DNA of 64,000 bases from positions 4,768,554 through 4,832,553 of the forward strand of contig NW_024055498.1 in assembly GCF_902713615.1 (NCBI RefSeq). The letters run 5' to 3'. Under the pieces are notes generated by a model. The model was not told where the DNA came from, made no database searches, and was given only the letters and a program-made list of their open reading frames with translations. Origin of the DNA: Scyliorhinus canicula (taxonomy: Eukaryota). A program made the position numbers and the translations under genes. This document shows, in pieces, positions 22,279 through 34,935 of this stretch. Numbering within the stretch: position 1 is the stretch's first letter; each line of letters begins with the position of its first letter.

Positions 22279-22341
22279 AATAAACTTTTGTGCAATATCG
22301 TCTCTGAAATTTTAATAAATAGTGAATAAAAAATTAATAAA
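22279..22341 (+). terminator. Membrane-form poly(A) signals
   Basis: AATAAA at 22279, 22314, 22325 and 22336. Confidence 0.75.
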
Positions 22342-22569
22342 ATACTTTGCTGAACTTCTTTCTCTCAAGTCCATCGGAAGCGCTCCTTTTCCCCGATTAT
22401 ACAGTTTTCTCCCCTTTCCCAGACAGATATTTCTCACCAGTCCTGTCTGGGATGTGTCTGAACTCACGGCCCCTCAGTGAAAGACCCACTGCGCCACCAA
22501 GCGGCCCATCCGGGTTAAGACATTTCACCTCTGCCGTTTTATGGCAAACTCCAGAGACAGGATATGAAA

Positions 22570-22745
22570 TGAAAAATGAAAATCGCTTGTTGTCAGGAGT
22601 AGGCTTCAATGAAGTTACTGTGAAAAGCCCCTGATCGCCACATTCCGGCGCCTGTTCGGGGAGGCTGTTACGGGAATCGAGCCATGCTGCTGGCCTGGCT
22701 TTCTGCGATCAAAGCCAGCGATTTAGCCCAGTGTGCTAAACAGCA
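22570..22745 (-). mobile_element. Short SINE family D (also 36305-36490 -, 52525-52692 -, 60235-60400 -, 62303-62480 +; tails at ~39630, ~40160, ~58683, ~62135)
   Basis: Head gggctggtttagcac..tgggctaa, tail gaacaggcgccggaatgtggcga.taggggcttttcacagtaacttcattgaagcctac. Confidence 0.85.
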
Positions 22746-22874
22746 TGATTGCGCAGCTGAAGAATTCCACAGATTCACTCCCCTCTGAGAGAAGAAATGT
22801 CTCCTCATCTCTATCTTAAATGGGAGATCCCTTACTCTGACATTCTGCCCTCTGGTCCTAGACTCTCCCACAAG

Positions 22875-23224
22875 GGGCAGCAGGGTAGCATGGTGGTTAG
22901 CATAAATGCTTCACAGCTCCAGGGTCCCAGGTTCGATTCCCGGCTGGGTCACTGTCTGTGTGGAGTCTGCACGTCCTCCCCCTGTGTGCGTGGGTTTCCT
23001 CCGGGTGCTCCGGTTTCCTCCCACAGTCCAAAGATGTGCGGGTTAGGTGGATTGGCCATGCTAAAATTGCCCGTAGTGTCCTACAAAAAGTAAGGTTAAG
23101 GGGGGGTTGTTGGGCTACGGGTATAGGGTGGATACTTGGGTTTGAGTAGGGTGATCATGGCTCGGCACAACATTGAGGGCCGAAGGGCCTGTTCTGTTCT
23201 GTGCTGTACTGTTCTATGTTCTAT
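22875..23224 (+). mobile_element. HE1-like V-SINE (family A), near full length
   Basis: ggggcagca head, V-core, ttctatgttctatg tail. Confidence 0.9.
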
Positions 23225-23771
23225 GAAACATCCTCTCAGCATCTTCCCTGTCAAGTCCCCTGAGAATCCTTATGTCTTAATAAGGTTACCACTCATTCGT
23301 CTCAACTCCAATGCGTACAGGCCCAAACAACTCAACCTCTTCTAATATGAAAATCCCTCCATACCCAGGATCAACCGAGTGAACCTTCTCTGGACAGCTT
23401 CAAATGTCCACATATATTCCCTGAGGAAAGGGGACCAAGATTATTCACAGTATTCCAGGTGTGGTCTAACTAGTGGCTGTAAAATTTCAGCAGGACTTCC
23501 CTATTTTTCTACTCCATTCCCTTTGACATAAAGACCAATCTTCCCAATTACCTGCTGAAACTGCATGTTAGTTTTTTGTGATTTATGCACCAGGACCTCT
23601 GTGCTGCAACTTTCTGCAGGCTTTCGACATTTAAATGATATTCAGCTCCTACATTATATTCCATCTGTCAAGTTTTTACCCAATCATCTAATCTGTCTAT
23701 ATCCATCTGCAGACTTCACATCTGTTTTTGTGTCATCCACAAAGTTTGCAACAGGGCATTCACTTTCAACA

Positions 23772-26700
23772 CCATAATCCCAGCCAAACTCATATCAAAG
23801 CTCCAAAACCTAGGACTTGGCTCTCCACTCAGCAACTGGATCCTCGATTTTCTGACCAACAGACCACAATCAGTAAGAATTAACACCAACACCTCCTCCA
23901 CAATAGTCCTCAATACCGGTGTACCGCAAGGCTGCGTACTTAGCCCCCTACTCTACTCCCTGTACACACACGACTGCGTGGCAAAATTTGGTTTCACTCC
24001 CCCTTGCTCTTTGCATTGGCAATTGAGCCCCTAGCCATGGCGTTGAGGGAGTCGAGGAATTGGAAGTTGTCTGGTGCGGGGTGGGGAGGAGCACCGAGTG
24101 TCATTATACGCAGATGACTGGTTGCTATATGTGGCGGACCCAGTGGGGGGAATGCCGGAGGTGATGATGATCCTTAGGGAATTTGCGGGCTTTTCTGTGT
24201 ACAAGCTCAACCTGGGTAAGAGTGAGATGTTCATCGTGCACCCGGGGGATCAGGAGAAGGGGATTGGTAGGCTACCACTGAAAGGGGCAGGGAGGAGCTT
24301 TCGGTTCCTGCGAGTCCAGGTGGCTAGGAGCTGGGGGGTTCTTCACAAACTTAACCTGACTAGGCTGGTGGAGCAAATGGAGGAGGAGTTCAAAAGATGG
24401 GACATGTTGCCGCTGTCGCTGGCGGGCAGGATGCAGTCCGTCAAGATGACGGTGCTCCCGAGGTTTTTGTTCTTGTTCCAGTGCCTCCCCATCCTTATCC
24501 CGAAGGCCTTTTTTAGGAGGTCAATAGGAGTATTACGGGATTTGTATGGGCGTATGGGACTCCGAGGGTGAGAAGGGTGCTTTTGGAGTGGGGCAGGGAT
24601 GGGGGGGGGGGGGGGGGTCTGGCGTTGCCCAACCTCTGTGGGTACTATTGGGCTGCCAATGCAGCGATGGTGCGTAAGTGGGTAATGGACGGGGCAGTGG
24701 CAGCATGGAAGAGGATGGAGATGGCGTCCTGTGTGGACACGAGCCTGGAGGCGCTGGTAACGGCGGCGTTGCCGCTCCCTCCAACGAGATATACCACGAG
24801 CCCGGTGGTGGTGGCTACCCTCAAAATTTGGGGGCAATGGAGACGGCATAGGGGGGAAGTGGGGGGCTCAATGAAGTCTCCGATGTGGGGGAACCACCGG
24901 TTTGTTCCAGGGAGCATCGATGGTGGGTTTCTTGGCTGGCATAGGGTAGGTCTCAGGAGGTTGAGGGACCTGTTTGTGGATGGGAGGTTTGTGAGCCTGG
25001 ATGAGTTAGAAGGGAAGTTTGGGCTCCCCCCGGGGAACATGTTTAGGTAAATGCAGGTTAGGGCGTTTGCCAGGCGGCAGGTGGAGGGGTTCCCTCTGCT
25101 GCCCCCACATGGGGTACAGGACAGGGTGCTCTCGGGGGTGTGGGTTGGAGGGGGGAGGATTTCGGACGTGTACCACGTCATGCAGGAGGTGGATGAGGCT
25201 TCGGTGGGGGAGCTGAAGGGTAAATGGGAAGAGGAGCTGGGTGAGGAGATTGAGGAGGGGACGTGGGCGGATGCCCTGGAGAGAATGAATTCCTCCTCTT
25301 CCTGTGTGAGGCTTAGCCTCATAGAGTTCAAGGTGCTGCACAGGGCCCACATGACCGGGACGAGGATGAGTAGGTTTTTCAGGGGTGAAGACAGGTGTGC
25401 TAGGTGCTCGGGGAGCCCAGCGAACCATGCCCATATGTTCTGGACATGTCCAGCGCTGGGGGAATTTTGGAAGGGGGTAGCAAGGACGGTGTCGAGGGTG
25501 GTAGGATCCAGGGTCAAGCCAGGCTGGGGACTCGCAATGTTTGGGGTTGCAGTGGAGCTGGGAGTGCAGGAGGCGAAAGAGGCCGGTGTGCTGGCCTTTG
25601 CATCCCTAGTAGCCCGGCAGAGGATTTTGCTTCAATAGAAGGATGCGAAGCCCCCAAGCGTGGAGGCCAGGGTCAATGACATGGCCGGGTTCATCAAATT
25701 GGAGAAGGTGAAATTTGCCCTGAGGGGATCAGTACAAGGGTTATTTAGGCGGTGGCAGTCTTTCCTGGACTTCCTGGCGGAACGGTAGGGAAATAGGCCG
25801 GCAGCAGAGGCAGCCCGAGGGGAGGGGGGGAGGGGGGGTTTGTTGCGGGGGAAGGGAGAAATGCGTATATGTGTTTATTGAATATGCCGGGTGCTTATCT
25901 ATTTCTTCGATTTGTAGTTACTTGGGGGGGGGGGGGGGTTGGTCTTGGGGGTTATTGTGTTAGTTCTTTTTGCTGTTGTTAATACGGTTTTCTTGCTGTT
26001 ATTTTATGTTTTTGATATGTTTTTGAAAATCTTAATAAAAATTATTTTTTTAAAAACTTGGTTTCAACTCCATCTGCAAGTTTGCTGACGATACGACCAT
26101 AGTGGGCCGGATCTCGAATAACGACGAGTCAGAATACAGGAGGGAGATAGAGAACCTAGTGGAGTGGTGTAACAACAACAATCTCTCCCTCAACGCCAGC
26201 AAAACTAAAGAGCCAGTCATTGACTTCAGAAAGCAAAGTATTTAACACCCCTGTCAGCATCAACAGAGCCGAGGTGGAGATGGCAGTTTCAAATTCCTAG
26301 GGGTGCACATCACCAAAAATCTGTCCTGGTCCACTCACGTCGACGCTATCACCAAGAAAGCGCCTATACTTCCTCAGGAAATTAAGGAAATTCGGCATTG
26401 CCACATTAACCCTTGCCAACTTTTACAGATGCACTATAGAAAGCATCCTATCGGGCTGCATCACAGTCTGGTATATCAACTGATCGGCCCAGGACCGCAA
26501 GGAACTTCAGAGAGTCGTGAATACTGCCCAGTCCATCACACAAACCTGCCTCCCATCCATGGACTCCATCTACACCTCCCGCTGCCAGGGGAAAGCGGGC
26601 AGCATAATCAAGGATCCCTCCCACCCAGCTTACTCACTTTTCCAACTTCTTCCATTGGGCAGGAGATACAGAAATCTGAGAACATGCATGAACAGACTCA

Positions 26701-26972
26701 AAAACAGCTTCTTCCCCACTGTCACCAGGCTCCTAAATGGCTCTCTTATTGACTGACCTCATTAACACTACATCTTGTATGCTTCATCCGATGCCAATGG
26801 TTATGTAGTTACATATCTTGTGTTGCCCTATTATGTATTTTCTTGGATTTTCTTGAATTTTGTTTAATTCCCTTTTCTTCCCATGTACTGGATGATCTGT
26901 TGAGCTGCTTGCAGAAAAATACTTTTCACTGTACCTCGGTACACGTGACAATAAACAAATCCAATCCAATCA
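23772..26972 (+). mobile_element. Rex1/Babar-like LINE, 5'-truncated, split by an L1 insertion (23772-23996 and 26067-26972)
   Basis: [20 protein letters not shown]...KFADDTTIVGRISNNDESEYRREIENLVEWC; C-terminal RLKNSFFP motif; (caatc)n tail. Confidence 0.8.
23997..26052 (+). mobile_element. 5'-truncated L1-clade LINE (ORF2 RT C-half and CCHC domain, disrupted)
   Basis: SLYADD, LPLSLAGR..VKMTVLPRFLFLFQCLP, CARC....HAHMFWTCP; AATAAA near the 3' end; 14-bp TSD aaaa(t/c)ttggtttca at 23983 and 26053. Confidence 0.9.
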
Positions 26973-27099
26973 CTTCCCTTATCCAAGTCATTAATATATA
27001 TGGTGAATAACTGTGGCCCCAGTACGGATCACTGTGGCACTCCACTAGTTCTAAGCTACCATTCTGAATATACCCCCTATTCCCAATTTTCTGTCTTTT

Positions 27100-27392
27100 A
27101 TAATAATAACAATAATCTTTATTATTGTCACAAGTAGGCTTACAATAAAACTGCAATTAAGTTACTGTGAAAACTCTGGTAAGTCGCCACATTCTGACGC
27201 CTGTGTGGGTACACAGAGGGAGAATTCAGAACGTCCAATTCATCGAACAAGCACGTCTTTCAGGACTTGTGGGAGGAAATGTGCACCCAGAGGAAACCCA
27301 CACCGACACGGTAAAAACATGCAGACAGTGACCCAAGCCAGGTATCAAACCTGGGACCCTGGCGCTGTGAAGCAACAGTGCTACCATGCCGC
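27100..27392 (-). mobile_element. V-SINE family C (V-head plus family-D tail); also 27420-27610 -, 28655-28963 -, 37705-37860 -, 46075-46352 +, 48835-49130 +, 54460-54712 +
   Basis: V-core followed by aattctccctctgtgtaccc gaacaggcgccggaatgtggcg and an (att)n tail. Confidence 0.85.
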
Positions 27393-28199
27393 CGAATAGT
27401 TAGCCAATCTTCTGTCCATGCTAATAATAATAATAATCCTTATTGTCACAAGTTGGCTTCCAATAAATGTTACTGTGAAAAGCCCTAATCGCCACATTCC
27501 GGAGCCTGCTCGGGTACACAAAGGGAAAATTGGGAATGTCCAAATTACCCAACAGTACGTTTTTCGGGACTTGTGGGAGAAAACCAGAACACCCGGAGGA
27601 AACCCACCTGAGAATCAATCTCCTGGCTATTCATCTACAAGAAGCTTCAGAGACTCATGAGAATTATTTGTGTCTAAAAACGCTTCCCTCCAGCTAAAGT
27701 ATCAGCTAAACAAGAAGCCAACAGGCCTGCAGCGATATAAAGATTGCAGTCTACATTCCATTTTCATCATTATAGCTTCAAATTGACCTGCAGCTAATTT
27801 CTGTGCGTGTGTCAGTGAGTGTGAAAGAGCCGAGAGACTGAGATGCTCAAACATCCAGGGAAAGGGTGCGATAATAAATAACCTTCTATCCTTTAAAAAT
27901 CACCAGTAACTTGCTGCTGAAATGTATTTTAAATAAAGAAATATCACGCTGAGGGTAAGAAAATATCACACAAACATCCTGATAATGGAGTGGAAAGGAC
28001 CACGCAATGTAATCAACCTTTGGAAAACCCCCTTCAGGTAGCTGTATAGAGGCTGCAGCCTCTCACACTGAATGTATACGTGATACATATACACCTCCAG
28101 GCTACAAACATCAGCTTCAGGCTGGGAGTGAGTGAAACCTTTTGAAAACCTGTTCCTCCTTTATTTCCGTCGGACACTAGGACCCGGCTGGGAACAGAA

Positions 28200-28280
28200 A
28201 CCTTCAGGCCCCGCCCACGAGCTGTTGCATCACCAAGACGCCAGCGCATGCGCTCTGCTTCCCCAAGATGGCAGCTGTAA
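28200..28280 (+). promoter_or_regulatory. Housekeeping-type promoter, probably of the downstream ZNF gene
   Basis: GC box GGCCCCGCCCAC 28207-28218, NRF1 GCGCATGCGC 28244-28253, YY1-like CAAGATGGCAG 28264-28274. Confidence 0.55.
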
Positions 28281-29328
28281 AGCAGGGCCTGGTCCCGGGA
28301 CAGAGAGCTGACCGGCGGTGATGTGACCTGAGGATCACCACACCTCAGGCAAGGGGCCAGGTTGGGAAGGCAGTGCCTTCAGGAATAACTGGGAAGGTGA
28401 TGTTTGGTCAGTTGCTGCAGTCTGTGTAGTGAAGGTGCTGTCACAGTGGTGTGAGGCAAGGAAGTACAGGATTATCACCCAGCAATGATGAATTAAGGGG
28501 AATGTAAATCCAGCTCAGGCTGCTTTCAGATTGGAAAGGGAGCTAAGGTGTGTCCTTAGAGCTGGTGAATGTTGAGGCTTTGGCAGTTTCTCTGTAAAGT
28601 CCTTCTCATTCATTCCCTCTCTTTACAGCACGGATAGAGGCCCTTTGGCCCATTCATAATAATCTTTAATATTAGTGTCACAAGGAGGCTTACATTAACA
28701 CTGCAATGAAGTTACTGTGAATATCCCCTAGTCGCCACATTCCGGCGCCTGTTCGAGTACACAGAGGGAGAATTCACAATGTCCAATTCATCTAACAAGC
28801 TCATCTTCGGGACTTGTGGGAGGAAACCGGAGCACCCAGAGGAAACCCACCTAGACACGGAGAATGTGCAGACTCCGCACAGACAGTGATCCAAGCCTGG
28901 AATCGAACCCAGGTTCCTAGTGCTGTGATGCAGCAGTGCTATCCACTGTGCTACCGTGCCGCCCATAAGATTATTAGATTACCAGGTCTGGATGAATTGT
29001 GTCCCAGGATGCTGTGGGACATGAGGGAGAGATTGCAGAAGCTCTGACCCAAAGTTTTAACCACCAATTAGGCCTGTTCTCGCCGAATATTTAGACAATT
29101 AAGGTGTGATCTGATTGAAGTATTTAAGATATTAAAAGGGAACGACAGGGTAGATAAAGATAAACTATTTCCACTGGTTGGAGATGCTAAAACTAGGCAT
29201 TATAGTACCAGACCATCCAGTACAGTTTTGTGGAAGTAGTTGAGTCGGAAACGTTAGGGACCTTCAAACGGCTATTGGATAGGTACGTGGATTAGGGTAG
29301 AATAATGGAGTGTAGGTTAACTTCTTAA

Positions 29329-29620
29329 GGGCAGCACGGTAGCATTGTGGATAGCACAATTGCTTCACAGCTCCAGGGTCCCAAGTTCGATTTTGACTTG
29401 GGTCACTGTCTGTGTGGAGTCTGCACATCCTCCCCGTGACTGCGTGGGTTTCCTCCGGGTACTCCGGTTTCCTCCCACAGTCCAAAGATGTGCAGGTTGG
29501 GTGGATTGGCCATGAAAAATTGTCCAAATTCTATGATTAACCTAGGACAAAAGTTCGGTGCAACATCGTGGGCCGAAGGGCTGTTCTGTGCTGTATTTCT
29601 CTATCTATCTCTATCTCTAC
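29329..29620 (+). mobile_element. HE1-like V-SINE (family A) within a CR1 3' fragment (~29000-29830)
   Basis: Full head/core/tail; closely similar to 34034-34335. Confidence 0.9.
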
Positions 29621-29899
29621 AGATATTAGGAAGAACTTCTTCACACACAGGGTGGGAGAGGTTTGGAACTCTCTCCCACAAACAGCAGGTGAAGCTGGAT
29701 CAGTTGTTAAGTTTAAATCTGAGATAGAGTTTTCTTTAGCAAAGATATTCAGGGATAGGTCACAGATCAGAAATGATCTCACTAAATGGCAGGACAGATT
29801 CGAGGGGCTGAATGGCCTACTCCTGTCCCTATGTGTATTTCTGTGATTCTGAAATTCAGACAACACCATGACACGGAAAGAGTCCTGATTAGAACCCGA

Positions 29900-31130
29900 G
29901 TTAGTCCGAGCTGCAAACCATCCCTCCAGATCCTTGCCCTTCATGGATTTAATGAAGGTCAAGGCAATAGTTGGATTATTGAAAGACTTGATGGATTTGT
30001 TGGAGACCATTTTTCAGGTCTCAGGATAAAGCCTGATGTAATTCATGACCCACAGGCTTGAGCTGCCTTTGAACTTCATCGAAGCCTCGACGCTTTGTGT
30101 TGCCGCCAAAAAGTCCTGGAAGAAGTAAATCTTCCCTCTTTCCTGGAGCCAGGTGCCACCTCGCCATTCCCTCTCCAGGACATTCTCTCAAGTTGTGGAA
30201 GTGAATGATGACAGGCCTGGGATGAAAACTATCCCTCAGCCTCAGAGACAGGATACGATGAACCCTTTCTAATTTGAAACGGCCAGGCTTCACATCCAGC
30301 CTGAGAAAACATGGCAGTCGGTCCTTGAAAAACCGAACGGGAGCCTTAGTCTCTACACTAAATGGACAAAAAATAACATCATTTATGGGCAGCATCATAG
30401 CACAGTGGTTAGCACAGTCACTTCACAGCTCCAGTGTCCCAGGATCGATTCCTGGCTTGGGTCACTGTCTGTGCGGAGTCTGCACGTTCTCCCTGTGTTT
30501 GTGTGGGTTTACTTCAGGTGCTCCGGTTTCCTCCCACAGTCCAAAGATGTGCAGGTTAGGTGGATCGGCCATGATAAATATCCCTCAGTACCCAAATAAA
30601 AGGTTACATGGGGTTACGGGGATGGGATGGAGGTATGGGCTTGAGTGGGGTGCGTTTCCAAGGCGCAGACTTGGTGGCCGAGTGCACTGTAAATTCTATG
30701 ATGACCATCTGATAGGCTGATGACTCGGATGTTCTTTCTCTGGCCCTCGGTCCTCCAGGACCTCCGCCAGCCACTTAGCTGGTTTTCAAAGGATTGAATT
30801 CTTGCCGCCGTTGAGGAGGCATCTTGCTGAATGTTCAGGATTCTCTCCTCCGGATCATCGAGCCTCTTCATAGCGTTTTACAGCTGGACCGCATGAGCAC
30901 ATTCTGGTCAATAACATGGATAATGTCGGCAGTCATCATTTCCGCCACCTCCCAGAGCCCCAGAGAGCGCGGGGTCGAGAGACCTCCTGAGGGTCAGGCC
31001 GCCATGTTGAAAAGACACCATTCCCACAGAATCTACCAGCGCTGTTTTATCGACGCCTATCTTCACATTTTCCGGCACAATCCTACCAGGCCGAACTCTG
31101 AAGTGTTCCAGGAACACGATAACAAATATG
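29900..31130 (-). mobile_element. L1 ORF1p remnant, interrupted by a V-SINE (30387-30703 +)
   Basis: Minus-strand peptides RKNIRVISL (coiled-coil/RRM junction) and PRPVIIHFHN...RRGFDEVQRQLK, typical of vertebrate L1 ORF1p. Confidence 0.7.
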
Positions 31131-31840
31131 AATTCAAGGATTAGGTAGAATAGTGCCAGGCAATCGGGATAAGTGACAGATTATAGGTGAGTGGCAACAG
31201 AACCTGCTGAAAAGCAGCTACTCCCACACCCGTATCACATGGCTGACCCCTGCCCCCTCCCCCACAGACAGATTTCTGATAGAGGGTGTCGAGCGTTATG
31301 GGGAACTGGCAGGAAAATGGAGAGAAAGTTGAGATGAGAAGGGATTTCTTTACTCGAGGATGTGGTGAAGGTTTGGAATTCTCTACCCCCGAGGATTCTG
31401 GAGCTTCAGTCATCAAGTATTTTCAAGACACAGACTGATAGGTTTCTAGATATTGAAGATGTCGAGGGATATGGGGGATAGTGTGGGAAAATGGTGCTGA
31501 GGTAGATCGGCCAAGGATCTCATTGAATAGTTGAGCAGACTCAGTGGGCCGAATGTGGGCCGAATAGCCTAGTCTTGCTCCTATTATAATCTCTGTGTCC
31601 TGGTCAGGAAGCAGAGAGCTGAGCTTGGATCTGTTAATCCACATCAACCAGCACCTTCAGGAGAATTGGGATAGTGAATATTAGATACAGCAGTGTGCTA
31701 ATGGAGGGAGATTGTGTGGGATGGAGATTTAAAGCTTTTGGAGAACGAGAGAGGAAATTATGTTCCATCGGAACTAGAATTGTCTGTCTGAGTTTCTATC
31801 CTGTACTAACAATGATGACTTTGGTATTTTGTTTTCACAG

Positions 31841-32287
31841 GATATTAGATGAGGTGGAGTGACAGACAGAAATCTCAAACGTTACAGCACGATCTGACAG
31901 AGTCACGCAATTGCTTGGAACCTGAATATCATCGGACTCTGAATATCATCCGCCTTTGAATCTAGAAGAAGAACTGATTGCCTGAACTGTCAGCTTCTAA
32001 ACATTTCAAACATCACTGTGACTGGAAAAGCACCATGACCCACACAACACACACCCGAGTGAGAGAGTTCCAGTGAACTGACTGTGGAAAGATCAGTGTG
32101 ACTGGAAAAGCACCGAGACCCACACAACACACACCCGAGTGAGAGTGTTCCAGTGAACTGACTGTGGGAAGAGCTTTAACCAGTTACACAGCCTGAAAAT
32201 AAATCACACCATTCACAGCGGGAAGAGACCGTACCCGTGTTGTATCTGTGATTGCCCAACCTGGAGAGACACGAGGAAAACCAAAAC
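31841..32287 (+). other. 5' part of the ZNF terminal exon, with an 80-bp tandem duplication (32021/32101) and fossil fingers
   Basis: Acceptor gttttcacAG|gatattag, shared with paralogues at 47507, 45314 (-), 43066 and 62079. Confidence 0.65.
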
Positions 32288-33271
32288 ATGGAGAAACCGT
32301 GGAAATGTGTGGACTGTGGGAAGGGATTCAGATTCCCATCTCAGCTGGAGACTCATCGACGCAGTCACACTGGGGAGAGGCCGTTCACCTGCTCTCAGTG
32401 TGGGAAAGGATTTACTCAATTATCCAACCTGCAGTCACACCAGCGGGTTCACACTGGGGAGAGGCCGTTCACCTGCTCCGAATGTGGGAAAGGATTCTAT
32501 GATTCATCCCACCTATTGAGACACCAGCGAGTTCACACTGGGGAGAGGCCATTCACCTGCTCCCAGTGTGGGAAAGGATTTAGTGAAGTATCCGACCTGC
32601 AGAAACACCAGCGAGTTCACACTGGGGAGAGGCCGTTCACCTGTTTTCAGTGTGGGAAAGGATTTAGTGAAGTATCCGAACTGCGGAGACACCAGCGTGT
32701 TCACACCGGGGAGAGGCCATTCACCTGCTCTCAGTGTGGGAAGGGATTCACTCAGTTATCCACCCTGCAGAGACACCAGCGATTTCACACTGGGGAAAGA
32801 CCATTCACCTGCTCTCAGTGTGGGAAGGGATTTACTGAGGTATCCGACCTGCAGAAACACCAGCGAGTTCATACTGGGGAGAGGCCGTTCACCTGTTTTC
32901 AGTGTGGGAAAGGATTTAGTGAAGTATCTGACCTGCGGAGACACCAACGAGTTCACACTGGGGAGAGGCCATTCTCCTGCTCTCAGTGTGGAAAGGAATT
33001 CATTGATTCATCCACCCTGCGGAGACACCAGCGAGTTCACACTGGGGAGAGGCCGTTCACCTGCTCTCAGTGTGGGAAGGGATTCACTCAGTTATCCCAC
33101 CTGTGGAGACACCAGCGAGTTCACACTGGGGACAGGCCATTCATCTGCTCTCAGTGTGGGAGAGGATTTACTCAGTTATCCAACCTGCGGAGACACCAAG
33201 TTCACACTGGGGAGAGGCCATTCACATCTCAATGTGAGATGGGATTGCACGTTTCTTTGCACCTGCTGTGA
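32288..33271 (+). CDS. KRAB-less tandem C2H2 zinc-finger protein, 11 fingers (ZNF copy 1)
   Basis: ORF from first ATG (MEKPWKC) with TGE(R/K)PF linkers; 11 CxxC..HxxxH units (finger 11 is one residue short), then a degenerate tail. Confidence 0.88.
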   Translation: MEKPWKCVDCGKGFRFPSQLETHRRSHTGERPFTCSQCGKGFTQLSNLQSHQRVHTGERPFTCSECGKGFYDSSHLLRHQRVHTGERPFTCSQCGKGFSEVSDLQKHQRVHTGERPFTCFQCGKGFSEVSELRRHQRVHTGERPFTCSQCGKGFTQLSTLQRHQRFHTGERPFTCSQCGKGFTEVSDLQKHQRVHTGERPFTCFQCGKGFSEVSDLRRHQRVHTGERPFSCSQCGKEFIDSSTLRRHQRVHTGERPFTCSQCGKGFTQLSHLWRHQRVHTGDRPFICSQCGRGFTQLSNLRRHQVHTGERPFTSQCEMGLHVSLHLL

Positions 33272-34033
33272 CACCAACAATTTCACAATTGATTACAGGG
33301 GTTGGATTCGGCTGTTATTGTTTCTGCTCTACACCCAGAACTGCATTTTGTTCATTCTGACAGGTGGTCAGAGGGTTTCTTTCTGCTGGACTGGCCGGTC
33401 TCATCACTTTGCCTCCAGTGGGCTGATTCTCTTTGAGCCTTGTTGTCAATACCTGGCTTCAAATTGCACAAGGATTACAGAGTGAAAGGGGGTTTGGAAG
33501 TGTGAAGATATTTAGTTGCTATCTCTGTTTGATACCCCCCAAAGCCACGTTGCCAAGGAGATGGGCCCTGGTGGTTACATGGTTTTGTTTAATTTATCTG
33601 GGTGTTCCTCACAGAAGAAAACTATCAGGGTACGAGGGGCAAGTTGTCTGAGGTGGACTGGGAAACTGATTGGTACAGGAGAATGCCTAATATTTAAGGA
33701 ATTATTTCATATTTATCAGGGGGTTAGTTTGCTCAGTTGGCCGGACGGCTGGTTGGTGATGCAGAGCGAGGCCAACAGTGAGGATTCAACTCCCGTACTG
33801 GCTGAGTTTATTGATGAAGGCCCCGCCTTCTGAACCAGGCCCCTCGCCTGAGGTGTACTGACCCTCGGGTTAAATCACCTCCAGTCAGCTCTCTCTCTGT
33901 CAAAGGGAAGAGCAGCCTATGCTCCTCTGGGATTTTTGCAACCTTTTATTCACATAAATACAACTCCAAGCGGCTATTGGATAGGTACATGGATTATGGT
34001 AGAATAATGAAGTGTAGATTAATTTGTTCTTGA

Positions 34034-34335
34034 GGGCAGCACGGTAGCATGGTGGATAGCACAATTGCTTCACAGCTCCAGGGTCCCAGGTTCGATTTCG
34101 GCTGGGTCATTGTGTGGAGTCTGCACATCCTCCCCGTGTGTGCGTGGGTTTCTTCCGGGTGCTCCAGTTTCCTCCCACAGTCCAAAGATGTGCAGGTTGG
34201 GTGGATTGGCCAGGCTAAATTGCCCTTAGTGTCCAAAATTCTATGATCTATGATTAACCTAGGACAGAAGTTCGGCACAACATCGTGGGCCGAAGGGCCT
34301 GTTCTGTGCTGTATTTCTCGATGTTCTACGTTCTA
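34034..34335 (+). mobile_element. HE1-like V-SINE (family A)
   Basis: Full head/core/tail. Confidence 0.9.
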
Positions 34336-34339
34336 AATA

Positions 34340-34935
34340 TAGATTCCTTTAAGGAACAAATATCCAACAGGAAAAGTGATGGAACCTTGGTTAACAAGAA
34401 AAGTTAAAGATTCCATGAGATCCATTAGAATTCAACAAAGGAGGACCAAGAAACTGATGAGAGCAAACTGGTGAGAAAGATAAAAACTGACTGGAAAAGC
34501 TTCTACAGGAATGTGAAAAGGAAAAGATTAGCAAAGACCAATGTGGGCCCATTCCTGGCAGAGACAGGAGAGTTTATAATGGGGAGTAAGGAAATGCAGA
34601 GAAACTAAACAATGTGTGTCTGTCTTCACGGAGGAAGATACAGAAATTGTTCCCAAAACACCAGAGAACCAAGGGACTGGCAGAGATTAGTATTGGTGAA
34701 AAAGTAGCACTGGAGAAATTAATGGGGTTGAAAGTGAATAAATCCCCAAAAGCTGATGATCTACATCCCAGAGTGTTGAACAAGGTGGCTGTAGAGATCT
34801 CTATTCCGCATTCTAAATTCTCCTGACTCTATCTGGAATGGACAAACCTTTGTCTTAGCCAAACATTTCCTTTTTATGTAGCCATAGAAGCTTTTACAGT
34901 CCATTTTTATGTATTTTTCTAGTTCACATTCTATT
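34340..34935. mobile_element. CR1 ORF2 fragment with an inverted internal piece
   Basis: + strand K(T/M)D(W/C)KSFY...KTNVGP region, repeated in reverse at ~34800-34935. Confidence 0.65.

Larger units (their letters stand above)
22745..27095 (-). mobile_element. Fragmented CR1 LINE acting as host (pieces ~22745-22872, ~23225-23770, ~26973-27095)
   Basis: Reverse CR1 RT motifs; the gtcatccacaaagtttgc piece continues as tccaagtcattaatata...cactagt after the nested insertions. Confidence 0.7.

Noticed and set aside
32288-33271. PRDM9 or a named mammalian ZNF orthologue
   Set aside because: No KRAB, SSXRD or PR/SET exon found upstream; tandem-finger similarity cannot establish orthology.
32307-33485. 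Alternative-frame ORFs over the ZNF arrays (e.g. 305 aa [13 protein letters not shown] repeats; also 47776-48669)
   Set aside because: Shifted-frame shadows of the 84-bp finger repeat.
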